Below are positions 20,444 to 28,145 of a stretch of DNA of 64,000 nucleotides, in pieces (the first letter of the stretch is position 1; each line of letters opens with the position of its first letter). The translations under genes were made by a program, and so were the position numbers. This DNA is from an uncultured Smithella sp. (GTDB lineage: Bacteria > Desulfobacterota > Syntrophia > Syntrophales > Smithellaceae): positions 4,681 to 68,680 of the forward strand of contig CAZYIE010000011.1 of assembly GCA_964646755.1 (NCBI GenBank), in the 5' to 3' direction. The notes beneath the pieces are model-generated. The model saw only the letters and a list, made by a program, of their open reading frames with translations. It made no database searches and had not been told where the DNA came from.

Positions 20444-20633
20444 AATCCTGCCTCCATTTTGTTGGGTGAAGTATAAGAAGCGCCGCGTTATATGTCAAGA
20501 AAATCTGGGCCACATCAGACAGTGCTTACCTTTCTTGAGGATGGGAAGTTATGTGGAATGACCATAGCGTGTCGACGAAGAAGCTGTCCAGGTTTCATTC
20601 TCTGGGTATTTAATTCAGATTCCTTTAATTTTC

Positions 20634-20661
20634 TTGACATCAAAATATTTTTCCCTATAAT
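20634..20661 (+). promoter_or_regulatory. near-consensus sigma70 promoter of ABC cassette A
   Basis: TTGACA (20634-20639), a 16-nt spacer, then TATAAT (20656-20661). It lies ~80 nt upstream of the first permease gene. Confidence 0.6.
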
Positions 20662-20743
20662 CACAAAACCCAAATTTGTTTTAAGCAAGCCTTTTCCCAT
20701 AGCATCGAGCAAAAAAATAGTTCTACCGTGATGAGGTTTTGAC

Positions 20744-21799
20744 ATGGACATGAAGCGCGATTACTATGAAGATATCCAGCTGTTTGAAAGCAACGTTGTT
20801 TTATTCTGGTCCATTTCCTTTCTGATTTTTATTTTTACCTTACCGTTATACGTTCCAGATTATCACTTTTATTTGCTGAATCTTGTGCTTGTTCACGTCA
20901 TTCTGGCAGTAGGGCTGAATATACTCGTCGGTTATACCGGGCAAATCTCACTCGGCCATGCTGGTTTCTTTGCTATCGGCGCCTATGGGACGGCTTTGCT
21001 CATGCTGAAACTGCAATTGCCGTTTTTTGTGGCGTTGCCACTGGCCGGATTCATTGCCGCCTTTTTCGGTTTTATTCTCGGCTTGCCAGCCCTCCGCCTG
21101 GAGGGCCCCTATTTGTCGATTGCGACGCTCGGATTCGGGTTGACCATCATGCAGATTATCGGCCACTGGGATTTCTTTGGCGGGCGCACCGGCATTCAGG
21201 TTCCACCCCTCGATATCGGTTTTGGTTTTATCCTGAAGACCGATATCAGCAAGTATTACCTGATCCTGATTATTACTGTACTGTTGGTGATTGCCGCCCG
21301 AAATCTCATGAAAACCCGTGTCGGCCGCGCCTTTGTGGCTATTCGGGACAGCGATATCGCCGCGGAAGTAATCGGTGTGAACCTGACCGCCTACAAGACT
21401 CTTTCCTTTGCTGTCAGCGCTTTCTATGCCGGTATTGCCGGGGGCCTCTTCGGCTTTGTTCTCGGCTATTTTAACCCTGAGCCGTTCAACCTCATTCTGT
21501 CCATTATCTTTCTAGTTATGATCGTTGTCGGAGGGCTGGGTTCCATCTTGGGGGCCATCCTCGGCGCCAGTCTGATCACGATCCTTCAGTTCAGCCTGCT
21601 GAAGAACATCAAGGAAATGCCATATGTCGGCGACTTCCTGGTGGCTGTCTCGAACCGGTGGTTTACCGTTGTGGGATTAGAAAATTTCGGCAGCATTGTT
21701 CTCGGCCTTATTATGATTGGCATTGTCATCTTCGAACCTCTGGGGATGTATGGCGTCTGGCTGCGGATTAAAAAATACTGGCGGACGTGGCCGTTTTAA
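20744..21799 (+). CDS. Liv-type ABC permease (LivM-like), cassette A
   Basis: 351 aa. Contains GYTGQISLGHAGFFAIGAY. The C-terminus is ...RIKKYWRTWPF. Confidence 0.9.
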   Translation: MDMKRDYYEDIQLFESNVVLFWSISFLIFIFTLPLYVPDYHFYLLNLVLVHVILAVGLNILVGYTGQISLGHAGFFAIGAYGTALLMLKLQLPFFVALPLAGFIAAFFGFILGLPALRLEGPYLSIATLGFGLTIMQIIGHWDFFGGRTGIQVPPLDIGFGFILKTDISKYYLILIITVLLVIAARNLMKTRVGRAFVAIRDSDIAAEVIGVNLTAYKTLSFAVSAFYAGIAGGLFGFVLGYFNPEPFNLILSIIFLVMIVVGGLGSILGAILGASLITILQFSLLKNIKEMPYVGDFLVAVSNRWFTVVGLENFGSIVLGLIMIGIVIFEPLGMYGVWLRIKKYWRTWPF

Positions 21800-21825
21800 T
21801 TGTTTTCTTAATCTAGGGAGGTTGC

Positions 21826-22698
21826 ATGTTTGGTCAACTGATCATGGAAGGACTCGCCATTGGTATCTGCTACGCTCTGTTCGGCATTGCTGTTGTCATC
21901 ATTTATAAAACATCCGAGGTTGTCAATTTCGCCCAGGGAGAGATGGCCATGCTCTCAACGTTTGTGGCATTTCAAATCCTGACCATTTATCAATGGCCTT
22001 TCTGGATGGCCTTCATCGGGACGATGATTTTTGCCGTCCTGCTGGGCATTTTCATCGAGTTCTTCTTTCTTCGGCCGGCTAAGGATCCCAGCCTTCTGGG
22101 ACTGATCGTCATTACCCTCGGTGCGGAGATGCTTCTCATGGGTGTTGCCGGATGGAAGTGGGGGGCTGAGCAGAAAGAATTTTCCCTTCCTTTCTCTTTT
22201 TCCAGCACGCATGAGCTGTTTCAAGGTGTTATTATTAATGACTGGACGATTGCTGTTTTTATGACGGCGGCCTTTCTAATGATTTTTCTGTTCTTGTTTT
22301 TCAGGTACACAAAATTGGGTGTGGCCATGCGGGCCACTCAGCAGAACCAACATGCTGCCAGAATTATGGGCATCCGAGTAGAACGGGTTTTTTCCTTTGC
22401 GTGGGGCTTCAGCTCAATGATCGGCGCTATTGCCGCGATGTTCTTTGCCGCTCGTTCGACGGTTGATCCTGCGTTCATGATGGAACCATTTCTCCGGGCT
22501 TTTGCGGCGGCCGTTCTCGGCGGTTTGATGAGTATTCCCGGTGTCGTCATCGGTGGCGCAATTCTGGGGTTGTTGGAAAACATGTTTGGCTATTTCTGGC
22601 CGGAGTGGAAGCCCATTGTTGCCTTTTTGGTGATTATTGTTGTCCTGTGCATCCGCCCCAGCGGGCTGTTTGCCAAACATTACATAAAGAAAGTGTAG
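21826..22698 (+). CDS. Liv-type ABC permease (LivH-like), cassette A
   Basis: 290 aa. The motif VVNFAQGEMAM is typical of LivH. GGGAGG RBS is present. Confidence 0.9.
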   Translation: MFGQLIMEGLAIGICYALFGIAVVIIYKTSEVVNFAQGEMAMLSTFVAFQILTIYQWPFWMAFIGTMIFAVLLGIFIEFFFLRPAKDPSLLGLIVITLGAEMLLMGVAGWKWGAEQKEFSLPFSFSSTHELFQGVIINDWTIAVFMTAAFLMIFLFLFFRYTKLGVAMRATQQNQHAARIMGIRVERVFSFAWGFSSMIGAIAAMFFAARSTVDPAFMMEPFLRAFAAAVLGGLMSIPGVVIGGAILGLLENMFGYFWPEWKPIVAFLVIIVVLCIRPSGLFAKHYIKKV

Positions 22699-22700
22699 TC

Positions 22701-23195
22701 ATGCTATCGTTGATGATGGGGAAATCGAAAATCCTTTTTCAATTTATCCGGGGCGGTATTGCAGTAGCAATCGTTTTTTGCTGTTTCGCCTTTTGTGCTG
22801 AAGGTCTTTGTGCGGAGCCTCCCGTTAAAACAGCCTCTTTACAGGAAGAGCAGGCCATTTATGAAGCAGCTAAAAAGTATCTCGATGCCGAAATCAGAAG
22901 AGATCTCCCCGCCGTTTACGCCTGCCTGGCGCCGTCTTCAGTTTATTGTGCCACCCATGACTATGAGGCCTTTCTTGCCGAGGCCAATGCCTCCTCGGTC
23001 AGAATCGTGGGATATAAAATACTCCGTATCGCTAACATTCGAGATAATGAAGACCTCAAAAGTTTTCCCAAGGTAGAGAAGTTTGCCCATGTCGAAGTTG
23101 ATGTCATCGTTTTTTATAAGGACACTAATGTGAAGGGTGACATCAATTTCGGGTTTACGTTCATCAAGGAAATGGGCAAGTGGTATAAAGGCTGA
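22701..23195 (+). CDS. small exported protein of unknown function inside cassette A
   Basis: 164 aa from ATG 22701, 3 nt after the permease stop. The track ORF at 22605 overlaps the permease. There is an N-terminal hydrophobic signal or anchor (GIAVAIVFCCFAFCAEGLCA). I recognise no family motif. Confidence 0.55.
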   Translation: MLSLMMGKSKILFQFIRGGIAVAIVFCCFAFCAEGLCAEPPVKTASLQEEQAIYEAAKKYLDAEIRRDLPAVYACLAPSSVYCATHDYEAFLAEANASSVRIVGYKILRIANIRDNEDLKSFPKVEKFAHVEVDVIVFYKDTNVKGDINFGFTFIKEMGKWYKG

Positions 23196-23232
23196 TGTCC
23201 GTTAAAAAATTAAGGAAGAGAAGGGGGAGATC

Positions 23233-24426
23233 ATGAAGAAGCAAAGATTAAGCGTTTTATCTTTTATTATCGTCATGTCGTTTTTCGTTTTAACTGCGTC
23301 AGTTTACGCAGCACCCGGTTTTGATGACAAAGAGATCCGGATTGCCGCCTGGGGGCCGCAGACTGGTCCGGCGGCGCCTTGGGGGAGTGTTGCCCGGGGG
23401 CCATCCGTACTGGCGGCCCTGATCAATGATGAAGGCGGGATTAACGGTCGCAAGCTGAAGCACTTTGTCCGGGACGACATGTACAACCCGGCGCAAACAA
23501 AGGTTGTCGTGAAGGAACTCGTTGAAAAGCAGGGCATCTTTGCCTTTGTGTGCGGAACCGGTTCCGCCGGCGGTCTGGCTGTAAAGGATTATCTGGCAGA
23601 GCACAAGGTGATCTGGGTAGGTCCGGCAACGTCCATCAAAGAATATGTCTTTCCAGTCAATCCCTATCTTTTCAGTATTTATCCGCTATATGAGGATGAA
23701 GGGAGTATCCTGGCCAAGTATGCAGTGGAAAAGCTCAATATAAAAGAAATCGGTGTGATCTATCAGAATGATCCTTACGGCAAAAATGGTCTGGACGGTG
23801 TCAGGCAGCGGCTGGATAAACTCGGGATGAAGGCAGTGGCAGAGATACCAATTGAATCAACGGAGAAGGATCTGTCTTCCCATATTCTGAAGTTGAAAAA
23901 TTCAGGAGCCAAGGCTGTTTTAATGTGGGTCAATCCGACCTCCGGCGTCATTCTCCTGAAAACGGCTGCGACCATAGGTTACAAGCCACAATGGATTGCT
24001 TCCAATACTTTGTCGGACTTCGCCCTGATGCATAAAATTTCCGGCGGATTATGGGAAGGGGTGATCACGGGTTCGTTCATGCTTCCGCCCGATTCCACTG
24101 ATCCTCGGATTGTGAGATATCGGAATGCCATCCAGAAATATGCGCCGGAAGAACGGCCGGGGCTTTTCTTCATGGCCGGTATGATGTTCACGGAACCTCT
24201 CATCGACGCCTTGAAGAGGGCAGGGAAGAAACTGAGCACGGAAGCGGCCCTCAAAGCATTGAATTCGACAAAAAACTTCCAGGGAACCGGCCCGCGGGTG
24301 AACTGGACTGCAGCGCAGCATCAAGGTACCGATTCCATTCAGATATGGAAGTGCGGACCGGGTGGCAGCACGGCACTGATTCAGGATTGGACGGTCAATG
24401 AGTTGGCTACCTGGAAAAAGAAGTAA
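23233..24426 (+). CDS. periplasmic substrate-binding protein (type I PBP, LivK-like), cassette A
   Basis: 397 aa. A signal peptide ends ..ASVYA. The motif INDEGGINGRKL is typical of the Peripla_BP_6 family. Confidence 0.9.
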   Translation: MKKQRLSVLSFIIVMSFFVLTASVYAAPGFDDKEIRIAAWGPQTGPAAPWGSVARGPSVLAALINDEGGINGRKLKHFVRDDMYNPAQTKVVVKELVEKQGIFAFVCGTGSAGGLAVKDYLAEHKVIWVGPATSIKEYVFPVNPYLFSIYPLYEDEGSILAKYAVEKLNIKEIGVIYQNDPYGKNGLDGVRQRLDKLGMKAVAEIPIESTEKDLSSHILKLKNSGAKAVLMWVNPTSGVILLKTAATIGYKPQWIASNTLSDFALMHKISGGLWEGVITGSFMLPPDSTDPRIVRYRNAIQKYAPEERPGLFFMAGMMFTEPLIDALKRAGKKLSTEAALKALNSTKNFQGTGPRVNWTAAQHQGTDSIQIWKCGPGGSTALIQDWTVNELATWKKK

Positions 24427-24469
24427 TCAGTATTTTGGATTTATTAAATTTTAACAGATGACTTTGTTT

Positions 24470-24528
24470 CCCCGCCTCAACTGGGCTTTCCCCTTCCAGG
24501 GGGAGAGCCCGAAGGTGGACGGGGTTTT
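24470..24528 (+). terminator. intercistronic terminator-like stem-loop between the SBP and ATPase genes
   Basis: Long imperfect hairpin. The outer stem is CCCCG../..CGGGG and the inner stem is GGGCUUUCCCC/GGGGAGAGCCC. It is followed by UUUUGU. Confidence 0.6.
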
Positions 24529-24571
24529 GTAACGGAATAAAATTATTCCTAAAGAAGGAACTTTTGTAAAC

Positions 24572-25357
24572 ATGGATCACTTCAGGGTTGAAAATCTGAG
24601 CATCAGTTTTGGTGGTTTAAAGGCCGTCAACAACGTGAGTTTCAATGTTGAACCCAACAGCATTTTTTCCATTATCGGTCCCAACGGTTCGGGAAAGACG
24701 ACTATATTTAATCTGATATCCGGTATCTACCATCCCAACAGCGGTCGAATTATCCTGGATGGGGAAGATATGGTGGGTAGGACACCGGATCGTATCGCTC
24801 GCAAGGGTATTGCCCGAACCTTCCAGAATATTGAACTGTTTGCCAAGGCAACGGTGATGGATAATATCATGTTGGGCCGGCACATCCACATGAAAACAGG
24901 TATATTTACCGGCGCCACTATGTTGGGGAGAAGGTCCCGGGCGGCGCGTGAAGAGATAAAAAACCGGGAGATTGTGGAGGGGATCATCGACTTTCTGGAT
25001 TTGCAGTCGTCTCGCGATCAGTATGTGGCGAGTCTGTCTTATGGTAAGCGGAAATTGGTCGAATTGGGTCGGGCTTTGGCCCTGCAACCAAAGATTTTGC
25101 TTCTGGATGAACCGTCGGCGGGAATGAATACGGAAGAAAAGGAAGATCTCAATATTTGGATCAAGGATATTCGTGAGGATTATAAGGTCACTATTTTACT
25201 CATCGAGCATGACATGAATATGATCATGGGTATCTCCGACCGTATATTTGCCATCAATCACGGCGAGAAGATCACCGAAGGTCTTCCCCGCGATGTCCAG
25301 ACCCATCCGGAGGTCATCAAGGCCTACCTTGGGGAGGAGGATATATTTCATGCTTAA
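24572..25357 (+). CDS. ABC ATPase (LivG-like), cassette A
   Basis: 261 aa. Walker A is GPNGSGKTT, the signature is LSYGKRK and Walker B is LLLDEP. Confidence 0.93.
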   Translation: MDHFRVENLSISFGGLKAVNNVSFNVEPNSIFSIIGPNGSGKTTIFNLISGIYHPNSGRIILDGEDMVGRTPDRIARKGIARTFQNIELFAKATVMDNIMLGRHIHMKTGIFTGATMLGRRSRAAREEIKNREIVEGIIDFLDLQSSRDQYVASLSYGKRKLVELGRALALQPKILLLDEPSAGMNTEEKEDLNIWIKDIREDYKVTILLIEHDMNMIMGISDRIFAINHGEKITEGLPRDVQTHPEVIKAYLGEEDIFHA

Positions 25358-26132
25358 AGTTAGTAATGTGGAAACCTGGTATGATCTTATCCGAGCTCTT
25401 CACGGTATCTCCTTTCAGGTGACTCAGGGCAATATCGTTGCCCTTCTCGGCTCCAATGGGGCTGGTAAATCGACTACCTTAAAGACGATTCTCCGGCTCC
25501 TATATGAGTTGAAGGAAGAACAGCCGGAAAAGGGAACCATCGAGTTTCTTGGGCAGCGCATCGATAGGAAGGATACGGACGAAATCGTTAGAATGGGCAT
25601 CAGCTATGTCCCGGAAGGCCGGGAGGTTTTCCCCGAGCTGACTGTAATGGAGAACATTCAGATGGGCGCCTATACGAGAAAAGACAGGAAAGGCATTAAG
25701 TCTGATATCGATCGCATCCTGAAGCGTTTTCCGATTCTGAATGAACGACGAAATCAGCAGGCGGGTTATCTCAGCGGCGGGGAGCAGCAGATGCTGGCTA
25801 TCGGTCGGGCGCTCATGAGCCGGCCTAAGCTCCTGATGCTCGATGAACCATCACTGGGTCTGTCGCCTTTGCTAACCAACGATATTTTCCACATCATTAA
25901 GGAAATAAACGAGAAGGACGGTGTGACAATCCTGTTGGTTGAACAGAATGTCAATATGGCGCTCAGGTATTCCCATTTTGCCTACCTGATGGAAAATGGC
26001 AGAATCGTTCGTGCAGACAAACCGGAAGTTCTGCGTGAAGACGATGACGTGAAGGAGTTCTACCTGGGAATCGCGAAAGAGGTGTCGGTGAAGGGATTCA
26101 AGCGCTACCGCAGAAAGGTAAGATTTCGATGA
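25350..26132 (+). CDS. ABC ATPase (LivF-like) with a basic/aromatic C-terminal tail, cassette A
   Basis: ATG 25350 gives an ATGCTTAA overlap with the livG-like stop. Walker A is GSNGAGKST, the signature is LSGGEQQ and Walker B is LMLDEP. A tail follows EFYLG: IAKEVSVKGFKRYRRKVRFR. Confidence 0.92.
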   Translation: MLKVSNVETWYDLIRALHGISFQVTQGNIVALLGSNGAGKSTTLKTILRLLYELKEEQPEKGTIEFLGQRIDRKDTDEIVRMGISYVPEGREVFPELTVMENIQMGAYTRKDRKGIKSDIDRILKRFPILNERRNQQAGYLSGGEQQMLAIGRALMSRPKLLMLDEPSLGLSPLLTNDIFHIIKEINEKDGVTILLVEQNVNMALRYSHFAYLMENGRIVRADKPEVLREDDDVKEFYLGIAKEVSVKGFKRYRRKVRFR

Positions 26133-27964
26133 CCCAGTTAACTAATCAGTTCCCCAATTCAATAGTAGATACGCTACCGAAGGCTCTGGTCCATCTCGCC
26201 CAAAAACAGCCTGAGCGGATTGCCTTGAGGCGCAAGGATTTCGGCATCTGGCAAGATATTTACTGGTCGGGATACCTGGAGAATGTCAAACAGGTAGCGT
26301 TGGGGCTTCATGCCCTGGGCGTCAAGCGGGGAGACCATGTCTCCATAATCGGGGAAAATAAACCAGAGTGGCTCTATAGCGCCCTGGGTGTCATGTCCAT
26401 AGGAGCGACCTTCGTTGGGGTTTACACGACGAATCCTCCTGCCGAATGTGAATATGTTGTAGGCCATTCCGAATCTGCGGTTTACATCTGCGAAGATGAA
26501 GAACAGTTCGACAAGGCTCTTGTTTTTCGGTCCCGGACGCCGCATTTACGTAAGCTGATTGTCTGGGATATGGAAGGGCTGCGGCACTTTGAAGACCCCA
26601 TGATGATGAGTTTTGACGACCTCCTGGCTCTGGGAAAAAAGACCGGTGATGAGCATCCTCAACTATTTGATGAGCTTGTGGCAGGGGGCAAGGGAGAAGA
26701 TATCGGCGGTATCATTTATACATCAGGAACGACTGGTCCACCGAAGGGAGCCATGCTGTCTCATGAAGGTTATCTTTGGGTTGGCAAACAGGCCAGTTTT
26801 ATCACCCGAACCGTTATTGATGACGAGACGATTTCGTTTCTGCCGCTGAATCATGTTTATGAACAGATTTTTGATATGATGGTGCACTTGACGGTAGGTC
26901 ACATTGTGAATTTTACAGAAAATACCGATACTGTTACCATGGACATGCAGGAAGTTTCTCCAACGCTGTTTCATGCAGTGCCGAGGATATGGGAGAAATA
27001 CTATTCCAGCATCATTTTAAAGATGGCCGATGCAACATGGCTCAAAAGAAAGAGTTATGATGTGGCCCTCAATATCGGGTCTCAATACAACGCCGTAAAA
27101 CTCAGCGGTAAAACGCCGTCACCGGCACTGAAACTGGCCTATTGGGCGGCCTACTTTGTAGTTTTTCGAAAGTTGAAGAAGCGCCTGGGGTTTGACCGGG
27201 TGCGTCTGGGGTTTTCCGGCGCCGCGCCTATCTCGCATAATATCTTGAAGTATTTTCAAAGTATCGGCATCCCCATCCGGGAAGGTTACGGAATGACCGA
27301 GACAACAGGGATTACCCATATGTCCGATGAGTTCAACTTCAAACTGGGAACTGTCGGCAAAGCCCTGCCGGAGACGGAAGTGCGGATTGCCGAAGATGGA
27401 GAAATTCTGGTTAAACATAAAGGGATCATTAAAGGCTACTTCAGGGATGAGGAGAACACCCGGGAGGCTGTTCATGACGGCTGGATGCATACGGGTGATG
27501 TGGGTGAGATCGACGAAGAAGGCTACCTGAAAATCACGGATAGGAAGAAGGATCTGATCATTACGGCTGGGGGTAAGAATATTGCTCCGCAATACATTGA
27601 GAATATGTTGAAGTTCTCCCCTTATATTAATGATGCTGTCATCATCGGCGACAAACGAAAATTCATTGCTGCGCTCATTGTTATTGACGAGGAGAACGTC
27701 GTTAAATATGCTCAGGACAACAAGGTCCAGTACACAACATTTGCCAGTCTAACCAAGTCGGAAGAAGTCGTGAATCTGATCTCGGCGGAGATCAACAAGG
27801 TCAACGATCAGGTGGCGCGTGTGGAAAACATCCGGAAGTTCAGAATCCTCGACAAAAAGCTTTACACCGAAGACGGGGAAGTTACTCCAACCATGAAGGT
27901 CAAGCGCAAGTCCATCAATGAACAGTATAAAGATCTCATAGAAGAAATGTACAGAAGCGATTGA
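26129..27964 (+). CDS. AMP-forming long-chain-type acyl-CoA synthetase (COG1022-like, 611 aa), cassette A
   Basis: Motifs YTSGTTGPPKGAMLSH, GYGMTET, TGDVGEIDEEGYLKITDRKKDLIITAGGKNIAP and PTMKVKRK. Its ATG overlaps the LivF-like stop (ATGA). Confidence 0.92.
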   Translation: MTQLTNQFPNSIVDTLPKALVHLAQKQPERIALRRKDFGIWQDIYWSGYLENVKQVALGLHALGVKRGDHVSIIGENKPEWLYSALGVMSIGATFVGVYTTNPPAECEYVVGHSESAVYICEDEEQFDKALVFRSRTPHLRKLIVWDMEGLRHFEDPMMMSFDDLLALGKKTGDEHPQLFDELVAGGKGEDIGGIIYTSGTTGPPKGAMLSHEGYLWVGKQASFITRTVIDDETISFLPLNHVYEQIFDMMVHLTVGHIVNFTENTDTVTMDMQEVSPTLFHAVPRIWEKYYSSIILKMADATWLKRKSYDVALNIGSQYNAVKLSGKTPSPALKLAYWAAYFVVFRKLKKRLGFDRVRLGFSGAAPISHNILKYFQSIGIPIREGYGMTETTGITHMSDEFNFKLGTVGKALPETEVRIAEDGEILVKHKGIIKGYFRDEENTREAVHDGWMHTGDVGEIDEEGYLKITDRKKDLIITAGGKNIAPQYIENMLKFSPYINDAVIIGDKRKFIAALIVIDEENVVKYAQDNKVQYTTFASLTKSEEVVNLISAEINKVNDQVARVENIRKFRILDKKLYTEDGEVTPTMKVKRKSINEQYKDLIEEMYRSD

Positions 27965-28109
27965 TGTATCTTGTAGTTTCAGAGCATTATTCAAGTATCA
28001 GAATGAAATTTTCCATCCCGGTGTCAGGGACGTCTATCAAAAGGTCATCCCCGAGAGTTGCTTCTGAGGCTTATGCCGCAGGTGCTAGAATAAAAGAAGT
28101 CTGCATTAT

Positions 28110-28138
28110 TTGACAAAGTTGTGAAGGTGGCTTATAGC
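28110..28138 (+). promoter_or_regulatory. candidate promoter giving a leaderless or near-leaderless mRNA
   Basis: TTGACA (28110-28115), a 17-nt spacer, then TATAGC (28133-28138). The ATG at 28146 lies only 7 nt past the -10 element and has no Shine-Dalgarno sequence. Confidence 0.35.
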
Positions 28139-28145
28139 ATCTTCC

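Noticed and set aside
19995-20561. 188-aa plus-strand ORF with a repetitive FAP/LRFA pattern.
   Set aside because: It is the mirror image of the pentapeptide-repeat gene on the minus strand. That gene has a signal peptide, a proper start and the canonical A(D/N)LxX repeat. The periodicity is coding, not CRISPR or a satellite.
25248-25349. N-terminal extensions in the ORF track: 25248, 32128, 38220, 43701, 14339, 22605, 5016, 12913, 18943, 50147, 54374, 57490, 58705 and 59444.
   Set aside because: The extensions overlap the preceding gene or lack an RBS. Internal ATG or GTG codons preceded by AGGAGG-like sites give N-termini that match the paralogs and family norms.
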